A DNA stretch of 64,000 nucleotides from the IMG/VR virus record IMGVR_UViG_3300035703_000042, positions 1-64,000 of that record; one strand, 5' to 3'. Positions within the stretch are counted from its first letter, which is position 1. Each line of letters starts with the position of its first letter. The notes under the pieces are model-generated. The model was not told the DNA's origin, searched no databases, and worked only from the letters and a program-made list of their open reading frames with translations. This document shows, in pieces, positions 1 through 10,566 of the stretch. The stretch is from a virus. The position numbers and the translations under genes were made by a program.

Positions 1-2
1 AG

Positions 3-194
3 CCTTATTCGATTGTCGCTGGATCCAGTTACTTGGGAAATTGGTCAAAAATGAATGTGAGATCGTTGATATTGGATCAAATAAATGTTGTTGATCGCTG
101 CGAAATAGGTGCAGCATCGACTGTGACAAAAAATATTATCGAACCAGGCAGATATCTAGGATCTCCAGCCCGTAGATGGGCAGGCAATCACTGA
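3..194 (+). CDS. 5'-truncated hexapeptide-repeat sugar acyltransferase (NeuD/PglD-like), C-terminal part
   Basis: Own translation of frame 3: ...RCEIGAASTVTKNIIEPGRYLGSPARRW..*, the typical IGAxSxVTK...GxPAR tail; TGA overlaps next ATG (TGATG). Confidence 0.7.
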   Translation, partial: PYSIVAGSSYLGNWSKMNVRSLILDQINVVDRCEIGAASTVTKNIIEPGRYLGSPARRWAGNH

Positions 195-1162
195 TGATTT
201 TGACTCCGCCTTATCAATTAATTGATCAAATGGACAGGTTGCCTTCGGAATTTTCGATGGCCGATCATCTAGGTGGATTTGATTTGGATTTAAAAAACGA
301 TCTTTTTACCAGGCTCGATGACTACGCCAGGAACAATGATCGAACATTTATAATAAATGTGGATCAATTTTATCCAAAAAAAATACATGACCATTATAAA
401 AATCTACAAATCAAGTTTGATTACGATTTATTTTTTACCTATCGAAATTTACCAAATAATACATTAGTTGATTATAAGTTACATCCTAAACTCCAATACA
501 AAAATTTTCTCTGTAGTTTCAACGGAAGTCCGCATGTCTCGAGGAAACTTTTGGTAGCTATACTAGACAGGTTTGGTCTTTTTAATCCTTCTTACTCAAC
601 CAAGAACTTTTCTTTTTCAGTTGATCAGTTGGACGGACATATTAAAGATTATACCAACAACGATCAGAATGCGTATTATAGAAAGTTCTTTATTGGTGAT
701 CAAAGCGACAATTTTTTTGAGAAAATATATACTATCAATTATAATCGAACCAATCATTTGAATAATATATCTATTCTTGAGGAATCTATTACAAAAAGTT
801 TTTTACATATAGTTTCAGAGACTATAGCTACCAGTTATTATCCTTTTGTCACAGAGAAATTTTTTTATAGTATTGTTACCAGAGGGTTATTTCTGACGTT
901 TGGTCAACCTGGCTGGTACAGCTATATTGAACACTATTTTGGATTTCGAAAATATCTAAATATTTTTGATTATAGATTTGATGAAATCCAAAACCCAATT
1001 GAACGTTTGATTGAGTTAATATCTATGATTTTAAAATTTTCTAAATTTACTCCCTATGAATGGCACGATCTCAGTATTATGGAGCGCGACAATATCGAAT
1101 TTAACTACGACAATTATTTCAGTGGTGATTATCTAAAAAAAGTAAAAGAATACTGTGAGTGA
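194..1162 (+). CDS. putative glycosyltransferase-like protein (IVSET..TEK family)
   Basis: FLHIVSET-x6-FVTEK..F..G motif resembles GT10-like C-terminal domains; AT-rich; start moved to the ATG overlapping the upstream stop. Confidence 0.5.
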   Translation: MILTPPYQLIDQMDRLPSEFSMADHLGGFDLDLKNDLFTRLDDYARNNDRTFIINVDQFYPKKIHDHYKNLQIKFDYDLFFTYRNLPNNTLVDYKLHPKLQYKNFLCSFNGSPHVSRKLLVAILDRFGLFNPSYSTKNFSFSVDQLDGHIKDYTNNDQNAYYRKFFIGDQSDNFFEKIYTINYNRTNHLNNISILEESITKSFLHIVSETIATSYYPFVTEKFFYSIVTRGLFLTFGQPGWYSYIEHYFGFRKYLNIFDYRFDEIQNPIERLIELISMILKFSKFTPYEWHDLSIMERDNIEFNYDNYFSGDYLKKVKEYCE

Positions 1163-1262
1163 TTTTGGCAACAAAATTAATTTCGACTAGTAAATCAACA
1201 CTTGTTTTTGTTTCTAAAACGTTATACTATACATACATATTGTTATTTTGATTGGAAAAAAT

Positions 1263-2324
1263 ATGGGCAAACCCTTTGACATTTCAAAATTCCGCAAGGA
1301 AATTACCAAAAGTATCGATGGTCTTTCCATCGGCTTCAATGACCCCACTGACTGGGTCAGTACCGGTAACTATGCTCTCAATTACTTGATTTCAGGCGAT
1401 TTCCACCGCGGCGTGCCCTTGGGCAAGGTCACTGTGTTTGCCGGAGAATCGGGTGCTGGCAAGAGCTATATCTGTTCTGGCAATATCGTAAGACACGCCC
1501 AAGAGCAAGGCATCTTTGTTGTTCTCATCGACACAGAAAACGCCCTGGACGAAGCATGGTTGCATGCGTTAGGTGTGAGCACAGATGAAAGCAAGCTCTT
1601 GAAGCTCAGCATGGCCATGGTGGATGATGTGGCCAAGACCATTTCAACATTCATGACCGACTACAAAGCACTACCAGCAGAGGATCGTCCCAAGGTGCTG
1701 TTTGTGATAGACTCGGTGGGCATGCTGCTCACCCCCACTGATGTCAATCAGTTTGAGTCGGGCGACATGAAAGGCGATCTAGGTCGCAAAGCCAAGAGCC
1801 TTACGGCCCTGGTGCGCAACTGTGTCAACATGTTTGGTGCCTACAACGTGGGCATGGTGTGTACCAATCACACCTACGCCAGCCAGGACATGTTTGACCC
1901 CGACGACAAGATCTCAGGTGGACAGGGCTTTATCTATGCAAGTTCTATCGTGGTGGCCATGCGCAAGCTCAAGCTCAAAGAGGACGAGGACGGCAACAAG
2001 ATCTCTGATGTCATGGGCATCCGGTCAGCCTGTAAAGTCATGAAGACCAGATACGCCAAACCCTTTGAAGGTGTGCAGGTCAAGATCCCTTATGAGACTG
2101 GAATGAATCCCTACTCGGGTCTAGTAGACTTGGCTGAGAAAAAAGAGCTCTTGAAAAAGGATGGTAACCGTCTCATGTTCGTGACTTCAGATGGCGAGAT
2201 CATCAAGCAGTTCCGCAAGGCCTGGGAAAACAACGAAGATGGATGCCTTGACAAGTTAATGGCAGACTTTGCAAATCAAAAAGCTGAACTAAGTACTCCC
2301 GACACAAACATTGAAGGAGAATAA
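1263..2324 (+). CDS. uvsX: UvsX/RecA-like recombinase
   Basis: Walker A GESGAGKS, IDTENALD, VIDS Walker B, NHTY, SGG-x-G motifs. Confidence 0.95.
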   Translation: MGKPFDISKFRKEITKSIDGLSIGFNDPTDWVSTGNYALNYLISGDFHRGVPLGKVTVFAGESGAGKSYICSGNIVRHAQEQGIFVVLIDTENALDEAWLHALGVSTDESKLLKLSMAMVDDVAKTISTFMTDYKALPAEDRPKVLFVIDSVGMLLTPTDVNQFESGDMKGDLGRKAKSLTALVRNCVNMFGAYNVGMVCTNHTYASQDMFDPDDKISGGQGFIYASSIVVAMRKLKLKEDEDGNKISDVMGIRSACKVMKTRYAKPFEGVQVKIPYETGMNPYSGLVDLAEKKELLKKDGNRLMFVTSDGEIIKQFRKAWENNEDGCLDKLMADFANQKAELSTPDTNIEGE

Positions 2325-2325
2325 C

Positions 2326-2565
2326 ATGTCCCTGGATCTAGCAAGCGAAATCTGGACCGAACTCAAGAGATACATTGGATCAGTGGACCGCAGCGAAGCT
2401 GCTGATGTTCTTGTGAATCTATTAGTAGATCATGATCACGACGCTGACGAAATACGATCAGCGTTCAAAGGCGATTCGGATGTCAAACAAGCATTACAAG
2501 TTTATTCTGACTCCGAAGCCGACGACGTCGACGACGATTATGAGGACGAGGACGACGAATACTGA
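2326..2565 (+). CDS. hypothetical acidic protein
   Basis: AAGGAG SD upstream; acidic C-terminal tail; lies between uvsX and uvsY. Confidence 0.7.
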   Translation: MSLDLASEIWTELKRYIGSVDRSEAADVLVNLLVDHDHDADEIRSAFKGDSDVKQALQVYSDSEADDVDDDYEDEDDEY

Positions 2566-2567
2566 TC

Positions 2568-3020
2568 ATGTGGTATAGCCGAGTCATCGCGGATCTGTCA
2601 GCTATTCCTGATTTCATCGCTCACTATGAACGTGAGCTAGATACTGCCAAATCAGAGTGTCGCATTGGCGGACTCATTGAAAAGAACATCAAAGAGCTGC
2701 CTGGCATCACTGAACATAGATTCAATCAACTACAAGAAGTTGAAGCGGTGCTTAACTATCTCAATATACAACTGCGAAAGATCCGTCGTAGACATTTCCA
2801 GAAGTATTTAGAAAGCTATGCTCGCGCCCTTACTTCTCGCGATGCAGAAAAATATGTAGACGGTGAGGATGAAGTGATTGACTTTGAGACCATCATCAAC
2901 GAAGTGGCATTGTTGAGAAATCGTTGGTTGGGAATCATGAAGGCCTTGGATGCCAAGCAATGGCAGATGGGACACATTGTGCGGTTAAGAACAGCAGGAA
3001 TGGAAGATATCACAGTATGA
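2568..3020 (+). CDS. uvsY: UvsY-like recombination mediator
   Basis: 150 aa helical protein with KYVDGE and KALDAKQWQ motifs, next to uvsX. Confidence 0.8.
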   Translation: MWYSRVIADLSAIPDFIAHYERELDTAKSECRIGGLIEKNIKELPGITEHRFNQLQEVEAVLNYLNIQLRKIRRRHFQKYLESYARALTSRDAEKYVDGEDEVIDFETIINEVALLRNRWLGIMKALDAKQWQMGHIVRLRTAGMEDITV

Positions 3021-3778
3021 TACATCGAGGGTTTGCCACAGCCGAATCTAGTCATGCGCACAGCATGACTGTGCTTTCACAGTTCTATGAGCACGACGAT
3101 TTCATGTCCAGCATTGGTACCTTGATAGACATGGGCTGCGGTGATGGCCGAGACCTAGAATGGTGGGCCACTCGTACCACTCGAGATGATGCACCTATAC
3201 CATTGAATATACGTTGTACCGGTGTGGATACTCGTGAATCATTGCCGATAGCGCACAAGTACAAGAATATCACATATCATCGCCAGGACTTTGAGCAGCC
3301 TTTCCAAATCAACAAAAAATTTGACGTGGTTTGGTGTCATGACGCATTCCAATATGTGATTGATCCTTTCTCTACATTGAAAAACTGGAGAGACATCACT
3401 CACGATGGGGGTATGCTATGCGTCAGTGTCCCCCAAAACACTGTGATGGAATTCAACACACAGGCCTTTGATCAACCCGATCTACAGTACTGGAATTGGA
3501 CAGTGGTCAGTCTCATACATGTATTGGCTGTTTCGGGTTGGGACTGTGCCAGTGGATTTTTCCTGCGCCCGCCCGCAGATCCCTGGATCCATGCCGTGGT
3601 CTATAAAAGCGAGCATGATCCAATGGATCCAAAAACCACTCGATGGGCAACTCTTGCTGAAAAAAATCTTTTACCGGATACCATGACGCGCAGTATTGTC
3701 AAGAACGGGTATCCTCGACAGCGAGATCTCATGTTACCGTGGTTGGACAAGAGTCTTGCGTCGCTCTCACATCTCTGA
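3017..3778 (+). CDS. SAM-dependent methyltransferase
   Basis: LIDMGCGDG motif I, FDVVWCHDAFQY; ATG overlaps uvsY stop (ATGA). Confidence 0.85.
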   Translation: MIHRGFATAESSHAHSMTVLSQFYEHDDFMSSIGTLIDMGCGDGRDLEWWATRTTRDDAPIPLNIRCTGVDTRESLPIAHKYKNITYHRQDFEQPFQINKKFDVVWCHDAFQYVIDPFSTLKNWRDITHDGGMLCVSVPQNTVMEFNTQAFDQPDLQYWNWTVVSLIHVLAVSGWDCASGFFLRPPADPWIHAVVYKSEHDPMDPKTTRWATLAEKNLLPDTMTRSIVKNGYPRQRDLMLPWLDKSLASLSHL

Positions 3779-4634
3779 CCTGAGATTTCAACACGCGCAT
3801 CATGTGATTCAACGGCAGCCCTTCTTGGATCTCTTCTAGGGTCCATTCGGTGTAACACACGTCGTTGATCCATTGTTGACGTTCGGGCATGACCGGAGAT
3901 TCGATGTTGGCCAAATCAGAATTTCCCACCGGTGCTGCCAGGCTAGAAGATCCAACAAAGGCTGGTACTCCGGCAAGCACAGCTTCCACTCCGGGATTGC
4001 TGCTCCAGTTTACCACAGCCCAGGCATTTTGCAAGCTCTCCTGGAAATCATAGCTGTCGTAGGTGTCGGTGAGTCGTACCGGGTGTTGTATCCTTATGTC
4101 GGGCCCAAGGTAGTCGATGTCCAACCTTTCCCGAGGGTGCCATCTCACCAGTATGGGACGTTGTGAATATCGACGTATCTCTTCTACGGTGTTCTTTACC
4201 CAGAGTCCTGTGGCAGGCATGCCCGTCCATTGTTGGCTGTTTTGGCGCTGGGTGGCGATGACTATGTGCTCACCTGTGCCTTTCCACGGAGCCATACGCA
4301 CACCCATCTGTAGATAACGATCTGCGGGCATCATGTCATGATTGAACAAGCCCTGACGATTGACCCCATTGATGCCAATCCTCCAGGTGCGACCACGAAA
4401 CAAGCCTCCTACTTCCAAGACTACCACGGGCAAGCCCAGCTGACGATAGTGCTGCCAGACTTCGGCGTTCCTGCGCATGCGACCTTCCCAGAGCACGCTC
4501 CAGATCACAGCTACATCGGCCATGAAATCGTTCTTTACTATCACATGCCCGCGACGGGCCAATGCAGCTTCAAAAGCCTGAAATACGGGTCGGCTGTTTT
4601 TGGCGCCGAAGTTATCAAATATACTGAATCTCAT
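3729..4634 (-). CDS. capsule-polysaccharide-biosynthesis-like (KpsC/KpsS-like) glycosyltransferase
   Basis: VRWHP and AVVNWSSNPGVEAVLAGVPAF motifs. Confidence 0.6.
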   Translation of the reverse strand: MRFSIFDNFGAKNSRPVFQAFEAALARRGHVIVKNDFMADVAVIWSVLWEGRMRRNAEVWQHYRQLGLPVVVLEVGGLFRGRTWRIGINGVNRQGLFNHDMMPADRYLQMGVRMAPWKGTGEHIVIATQRQNSQQWTGMPATGLWVKNTVEEIRRYSQRPILVRWHPRERLDIDYLGPDIRIQHPVRLTDTYDSYDFQESLQNAWAVVNWSSNPGVEAVLAGVPAFVGSSSLAAPVGNSDLANIESPVMPERQQWINDVCYTEWTLEEIQEGLPLNHMMRVLKSQVRDVRATQDSCPTTVT

Positions 4635-4678
4635 GCGGTTAAATAGGTAGATATAATAGTTATCAGATTGGGATCAGT

Positions 4679-5500
4679 ATGTCGCGCAAGTTCCAGGTAG
4701 TGACCACTTTCCATGATGCAGGTTATCATGCTTATGGAAAAAGAATGATTGAGACTTTCTTGGCCAATTGGCCACGAGAAGTCGGCCTCAGGGTCTATGC
4801 CGAGAACACAGAGATCTTTGAGCGTGCTGAAAATCTACAAATCCTGGATATTTCTTCAACTATACCGGCTCTTGCAGCGTTTAAACAAAGATGGCAATCG
4901 GTGCCAATGGCCACAGGAAATCAAGCACGTGGTCCGCGAGATCGTCGTGGCAAGCAGCCCGGCATCGGATTTAAATGGGATGCAGTGAGATTCAGCCATA
5001 AGGTCTACGCATTTTGCCACGCAGCACGCGATTGTGATGTTGATATCTTGATCTGGATGGACGCTGATACAGTGTGTCACAGTGCCATGCCTTTGAGCTA
5101 TCTAGAATCACAGATGCCCCTGGGTACCAATCTAGGCTATCTCGGTCGAGAAAAAAAATACAGCGAATGTGGTCTCTATGCCTTGGATCTCATCGCTCCG
5201 GGAAGCCGTGAGTTCGTGGACATTTTCCAGGCCTTCTATGATGATGCTGAATCAGGGATCTTCTCACTCAGTGAATGGCACGACAGTTTTGTTTTTGATC
5301 AGGTCAGGGCGATTATGTCAAGGACTCCGTGTTGGCAGGAACTGAATTGGAGTCAGGGTTTGATACGTGGCGAAGGCCATCCTTTGATCAACAGTGCCTG
5401 GGGAGCCTACCTTGATCATCTCAAAGGTGATCGTAAGCAAACAGGTCGTAGTCGGCAGCAAGATCTTCGAGTCACACGCACAGAAAGCTACTGGCAATGA
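4679..5500 (+). CDS. GT-A fold glycosyltransferase
   Basis: RFSHKVYA, IWMDADT (DxD), EWHDSFVFD, DHLKG. Confidence 0.75.
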   Translation: MSRKFQVVTTFHDAGYHAYGKRMIETFLANWPREVGLRVYAENTEIFERAENLQILDISSTIPALAAFKQRWQSVPMATGNQARGPRDRRGKQPGIGFKWDAVRFSHKVYAFCHAARDCDVDILIWMDADTVCHSAMPLSYLESQMPLGTNLGYLGREKKYSECGLYALDLIAPGSREFVDIFQAFYDDAESGIFSLSEWHDSFVFDQVRAIMSRTPCWQELNWSQGLIRGEGHPLINSAWGAYLDHLKGDRKQTGRSRQQDLRVTRTESYWQ

Positions 5501-6168
5501 AAGCATTCATCATATGCCTTTCGGAGATAAACAGCAGTATCACCAGTGCTCGTGTGTTGCAAAAGGATCTCCATGCTGTGGGCATCGATGCTGATCTGTT
5601 TGAAGGGTCATACGGTGATATTGCCCAACAACAATATCTCGAACATGGTCGAGTGTGCCATCCGTGGTCGTTCAAAGGACCCGACCAGCCCTACAGCCAG
5701 ACTCTCACGGCCCAGGATTTCTTGCCCGGCATCTTGGGTTGTTTTGACAGCCATTATCGCCTCTGGCAACTGTGTGCTGATCTAGGAGACCCTATAATGA
5801 TATTCGAGGACGACATCGAGATCGTGCGCGGTTATCAAGAAGTGGCCTGGCAGGACGTGCTCTCCTTGGCTTTCAGTCACAACAAAAAAATGCAGAAGTA
5901 TCTGCAGTATCTGGACAGTCCCGAAGGCGAACCCCGAGCCGAACACTATCGGCAGGCCAGTATGCCTGGCAACGGTGGTTACGCTCTACATCCGCATGCA
6001 GCTCGCGTGTTAGTGGATACCTATGCTCACACGTTCCTGCCTGCGGACAATGCCATCAATCAGCATGTGGTCAAAATCGAGATCCATAACTACATGATGG
6101 GACGAGCACGCGATAAATTAGCAGGAAACATAAGTCTCACGAGATCAAAAATATGGGAACAGAGATGA
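5497..6168 (+). CDS. GT25-family (LPS-type) glycosyltransferase
   Basis: GCFDSHYRLW and IFEDD motifs typical of GT25. Confidence 0.8.
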   Translation: MKAFIICLSEINSSITSARVLQKDLHAVGIDADLFEGSYGDIAQQQYLEHGRVCHPWSFKGPDQPYSQTLTAQDFLPGILGCFDSHYRLWQLCADLGDPIMIFEDDIEIVRGYQEVAWQDVLSLAFSHNKKMQKYLQYLDSPEGEPRAEHYRQASMPGNGGYALHPHAARVLVDTYAHTFLPADNAINQHVVKIEIHNYMMGRARDKLAGNISLTRSKIWEQR

Positions 6169-6716
6169 TAGATCTTTCATGGTTGGATGTTGGCGGTAAG
6201 AAAAAAGTAGAAGGGCACATGCGAGTGGGCGAGGATGTTCGCGACTTCTGGTTGAAGGTTCGCGAGATCACCGGATTCCGATCCGTCATGGAGATTGGAT
6301 TCAATGCTGGCCACAGCAGCGCCTTCTTGCTGGAATTGTTTCCTGACATCACAGTGGTGAGTCACGATATTGGATGGCACAAATATACTGTGCCCAACAG
6401 CGAATTGGTGAAACAACGCTACGGCGATAGGTTCGAGTTTGTGTTGGTGGACAGCTTGCAGATCCGTGCCAAGCATCTACGTGGCAGATTTGATGTGATG
6501 TTCATTGACGGGAATCACGACACAGATTGGATCGACAGCGATCTGCGTCTTTGGATGCAGACTGACATTCCCTATGCCGTGGTCGACGATCTACAGGTCA
6601 AGACCGTGAACACTGTGTATAAGAAATATCTCCCACACTATCAAGAACTGCATCGCGGTCAGTATCACAGCAACACCGGTTCTCCGGTCACGGCCAGTCT
6701 GATAAAGGCACGATGA
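6165..6716 (+). CDS. class I SAM methyltransferase (Methyltransf_24-like)
   Basis: MEIGFNAGHS, FIDGNH, VVDD motifs. Confidence 0.85.
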   Translation: MIDLSWLDVGGKKKVEGHMRVGEDVRDFWLKVREITGFRSVMEIGFNAGHSSAFLLELFPDITVVSHDIGWHKYTVPNSELVKQRYGDRFEFVLVDSLQIRAKHLRGRFDVMFIDGNHDTDWIDSDLRLWMQTDIPYAVVDDLQVKTVNTVYKKYLPHYQELHRGQYHSNTGSPVTASLIKAR

Positions 6717-8005
6717 AAACACTGATCTATCAGTACTGGCAATTCTCGGATTCCACACGAGATTTCTGGAAGCTGAGTGAGCAGAGCATGCGACAGTATG
6801 CAGCTCGCATCGGTGCCGACTATCGTCTCATACGGTCGGGCGCACCATTCACTCCATACTACGGCATCTTCTTGCCTTTCTTGCAGGGCTGGTGTCACGA
6901 TTATGATGCCATATGTTTCGTAGACAGCGATGTATTGGTCACCGTGCATTCACGCAACATATTCGAGTCAGCGAGCAGCAGCCTACCCACGGTGAGTCTC
7001 ATGAACACAGGTCCACTTGTGGTGGATCCCATTCCTGCCAGTGACAGCTGGGATCATCGCGGACACGCCAACAGTGGAGTGGTAGTTTTTCCTCGATCCA
7101 GTTATCGTCGAGTTACAGGATTCGTTGGCAATCTCTCGCAGCACTGGCAGGACAATCACGATCAATGGGGCAGTTTTGATCAGCTGGTGATCAATCGCCT
7201 GTGTCTCGAACATGGATTCTCGGAACTGGATTGGCGATTCAACTACCATCTCGGCAGATATGATGCTGATCAAAGATGGGCAGCAGACTTCATCCATTAT
7301 CATAGGAAAAACAAAAGTCGCATGGCCGACGATTTTGCCGATGATCGAATCATGAATCGCGGACATCGAAAAGTCATCGTGCTAGGTAGTGGCCCTGACA
7401 TGCCCATGATCAACGACTGGGACACCGGAGACTGTGTGATCGTTGGTCTCAACAGTGTTTATCGTGGCACCGACAAGTGGACCTATCTCCTCAGCCCTGG
7501 CGACTTTCCTGACAAGCCCATGCTACGCAAGCTCTATAACCACAATCGTGTGCCTTTTGAGTCTGGGCAGAAAGTCTACTATCCCGAAAGCGTGCCCATG
7601 GGTTGGCGCACAGCATTTGCACACTATTGTCCAAAAAAGAGTCACACAGATGCTGTGAAAGAACTAGGTATGGTGTCCTACTTTGGACTCATGTACTGGG
7701 TCATGCATTTTCTCAAACCCACTCACATAGCCTGTCTGGGACTGGACATGGACTATGAACCTGATGCTGCCGGTGCCACCAGCTTTTATGGAGTTGGACT
7801 TGACATGCGTACTCGCGGCGTTCCTGATTTTGTGCATCAGATCAACACCTACTTTGACGGCGACTTTTCAGTGATGGATCGTTGGTTTGATCGATTACAG
7901 ATCAATCTCGGCGACACTCGAGTCTATAATCTTTCCACGCGCCCACGAAGCCGGTTACCTTGGGATCGTATCAACATCAACGAGTTCTTGGAGTTGCGGC
8001 AATGA
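6713..8005 (+). CDS. two-domain glycosyltransferase (GT-A domain plus Rossmann-like GSGP domain)
   Basis: N-term FVDSD, NSGVV, DQ..N; C-term VIVLGSGP and LGLDMDY. Confidence 0.6.
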   Translation: MKTLIYQYWQFSDSTRDFWKLSEQSMRQYAARIGADYRLIRSGAPFTPYYGIFLPFLQGWCHDYDAICFVDSDVLVTVHSRNIFESASSSLPTVSLMNTGPLVVDPIPASDSWDHRGHANSGVVVFPRSSYRRVTGFVGNLSQHWQDNHDQWGSFDQLVINRLCLEHGFSELDWRFNYHLGRYDADQRWAADFIHYHRKNKSRMADDFADDRIMNRGHRKVIVLGSGPDMPMINDWDTGDCVIVGLNSVYRGTDKWTYLLSPGDFPDKPMLRKLYNHNRVPFESGQKVYYPESVPMGWRTAFAHYCPKKSHTDAVKELGMVSYFGLMYWVMHFLKPTHIACLGLDMDYEPDAAGATSFYGVGLDMRTRGVPDFVHQINTYFDGDFSVMDRWFDRLQINLGDTRVYNLSTRPRSRLPWDRININEFLELRQ

Positions 8006-8655
8006 ACAACATCACAGTGGCCTGTGTGCTCAGGCAAGGTGGTTGGGCTGACTATGATGCTGGCTGGGTGGAGAGACTGCAGAACATGGTAAGCCGTAAT
8101 CTCCAGAGGCCGCATAGGTTCGTGTGTTTCAGCGACTGCGATGTGCCTTGTGAACGCATCCCTTTGTTGCCCACAGATCCTGATGTGCGTGGTTGGTGGG
8201 CCAAGATGCAGTTGTTCCGCCCAGGTATTTTGTCAGGGCCGGTGTTGTACCTCGATCTAGACACTGTGATCTCGGGCAGTCTCGATGAGGTAATTGATCG
8301 AGTTGAATATCAAGACATGGTGATGTGGTGGGAATCGGACCGTGCCATTGCCAGCAGCGCCATCATGTGGTGGCGACAGGACTTGTCAGAGCTGTGGAAC
8401 ATTTATTGCCAAGATCCCGATCACTGGCATCGAGAATATCGAGTATCACCAAGGCTGGGAGATCAAGCCTTTGTATCTGAACGAGTGACCACTACTACGT
8501 TCCTAGATCATTGCCCCAGCGAGTGGTTTCACATAGCCAGCAAGAGTGATCATCGTGTGGAACTTTCCCAGGTCAGGATACTCACCTTCCGCAAACGAGC
8601 CAACAAGCCGTCTACCATGCCCAATCATCCCTTGGTCAAGGCGCATTGGCGATGA
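8002..8655 (+). CDS. GT8-like glycosyltransferase
   Basis: WWAKMQLF, YLDLD, GDQ motifs; paralog of 12869..13612. Confidence 0.75.
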   Translation: MNNITVACVLRQGGWADYDAGWVERLQNMVSRNLQRPHRFVCFSDCDVPCERIPLLPTDPDVRGWWAKMQLFRPGILSGPVLYLDLDTVISGSLDEVIDRVEYQDMVMWWESDRAIASSAIMWWRQDLSELWNIYCQDPDHWHREYRVSPRLGDQAFVSERVTTTTFLDHCPSEWFHIASKSDHRVELSQVRILTFRKRANKPSTMPNHPLVKAHWR

Positions 8656-9574
8656 ACTTGCGCATGTGACTCCAGGCTTCGCCGCTCCTTAATTCATCAA
8701 AATTCCAATGGCTCATGGCCAAGCGTTCTATCCAGGCTTGCCGATCGGGCATTACGGGAGATTCAATGCGGCTGAGATCAGTGTTGGCTATTTCCCGGCA
8801 TTGGCTGCGCTCGGGATCGGTGACAAATACTGGATATCCCTCGATGGCCGCAGCCACGGCTGGACTGGAATTGTGATTGACCACTGCCCAGCAATTACGC
8901 AAGTCGTCCTGCAAGGTAGTTCCCGCCCGGCTCACACTGACATTGTGTAAGTCGCCCGATGAGTCAAATCGTCCAATATAGGCAGCAGCGGCTTTGTCTC
9001 CTGGGTGTGGTCGTATCACTATGGGGCGGTTGGTCCAGTTGCGTATTTCTAAGATAGTGGTAGCCGCCCAATCTAACACATGCTGTCCATTCATGCTCCA
9101 TCCACCATTTCTTTGCATGCACAACAAGATATGACTGCCGTTGTTGCGATACGGCTTCAACGAAATGCCAAGATCACCACTGATTTTTTGCCAACGCTGG
9201 GGATCTACATGGGTGTCGCAGTAGATACCGGTGTTGGCAAAAACACCATTGAAGCTGTATCTCAGATAGTGCAAAGGATTTCGCGTATTGGCATACAGAA
9301 ATAGATTGCTGTCCACGGCCACTACATAGCGATTTCTTCGCAGTTGGTTTTTGATCACTGTGTCTCTCAACACCAAGTGCGGTCTTGTCTTTTTTTCCTG
9401 TGTGATCCATCCTTGTATCACAGCCACATCTGTGCCGTGATACAAATGGTCCTGCACATCTATCACAGCATCGCCGCATTTGCGTGCGCCTTCGCTGAAA
9501 TAGTTCAAGAGATCGATCTTTTCTTGATTCTTGTTGTTGGGTACAGTGCGATGATACACAGCCAGACTGGTCAT
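8636..9574 (-). CDS. KpsC/KpsS-like glycosyltransferase
   Basis: IRPHP and AVVNHNSSPAVAAAIEGYPVF motifs. Confidence 0.6.
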   Translation of the reverse strand: MTSLAVYHRTVPNNKNQEKIDLLNYFSEGARKCGDAVIDVQDHLYHGTDVAVIQGWITQEKKTRPHLVLRDTVIKNQLRRNRYVVAVDSNLFLYANTRNPLHYLRYSFNGVFANTGIYCDTHVDPQRWQKISGDLGISLKPYRNNGSHILLCMQRNGGWSMNGQHVLDWAATTILEIRNWTNRPIVIRPHPGDKAAAAYIGRFDSSGDLHNVSVSRAGTTLQDDLRNCWAVVNHNSSPAVAAAIEGYPVFVTDPERSQCREIANTDLSRIESPVMPDRQAWIERLAMSHWNFDELRSGEAWSHMRKFIANAP

Positions 9575-10566
9575 CGTTTCAATGCTTCCTGTATCATGGG
9601 TTCGATCCTTTGCCATACGATGCCTGATCGCATTTCACGTGTGCTCCATTGGCTGTTGGCCAAGCCTTCCAGCCATTCTTCGATCTCTCCGCGCGGGGCC
9701 TGACGAGGATCCAACACTTCAGATATGTCGTGGCTGCTCACGGGCCAGGCAAAGTTGCCTTGATCTGTGGCTATCACTGGCACACCTGCCAATATGGCAT
9801 CGATGCTGGCACCGCTACTAAAGCTCACGCAAACATCACTGCGATCAAGATCCTGCTTCAAGGTACGGGACTTACCGTCACTCCAAGTGATGTTTTCGTA
9901 ATTCTTGAACAGCAGGGCCGATATCTCGCCGAAGAATTCTTGACCGCCTTTGTCACTCATGGCCGGGTGTGTGCGGATCACTATGGCGCGATCCGTCACG
10001 GACCGTATCTCGTCCACGGTGTCCGTGAGCCATTCGCTCATGCGTGTGCCTCTGAGGCTGGCATCACCGGGCAGTTGCACGGTCACTAGTATAACACCTT
10101 TCCCCCGTTTTTTCCAACCGGGGAATCCAGGAATCTCGTATTTCTCTTCTAACTCGGCAAATCGCTTGGGCAGCAGTCGTTTAGGATCAAAGAATCGTCC
10201 TTGACCATTGAGGAATCCATTCACTCCCACTCGGTATTGAGAATATCGATCAGCGATCACACGTCCCAGCAATGGTGTTTCGATGATGACCACACAGCGT
10301 GCTTTCTTGGCAAGCTCTTGCTTGATCACGTGATGATCTCCGGCGCGGTCTTTGGTGCTACCAAACTGTATGCCCACATCGCACTCGGGCATGTTCTTGT
10401 CATAGCATAGAACGAGCTCTATGTCAGCAGTGCTCAGCAACTCGTCGGTGCCATCCACTGAGTGTCGTTCAAAAAAGTAAGACTCGAGTCCGGCATAGAA
10501 TGCTCTCAGCACATTTTTTTCTATGTTGTTGGCTGCGGAATTCACAGCTACCAGGATTTTCTTCAT
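9571..10566 (-). CDS. KpsC/KpsS-like glycosyltransferase
   Basis: QLPGDAS, IRTHP, SFSSGASIDAILAGVPV motifs. Confidence 0.6.
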   Translation of the reverse strand: MKKILVAVNSAANNIEKNVLRAFYAGLESYFFERHSVDGTDELLSTADIELVLCYDKNMPECDVGIQFGSTKDRAGDHHVIKQELAKKARCVVIIETPLLGRVIADRYSQYRVGVNGFLNGQGRFFDPKRLLPKRFAELEEKYEIPGFPGWKKRGKGVILVTVQLPGDASLRGTRMSEWLTDTVDEIRSVTDRAIVIRTHPAMSDKGGQEFFGEISALLFKNYENITWSDGKSRTLKQDLDRSDVCVSFSSGASIDAILAGVPVIATDQGNFAWPVSSHDISEVLDPRQAPRGEIEEWLEGLANSQWSTREMRSGIVWQRIEPMIQEALKR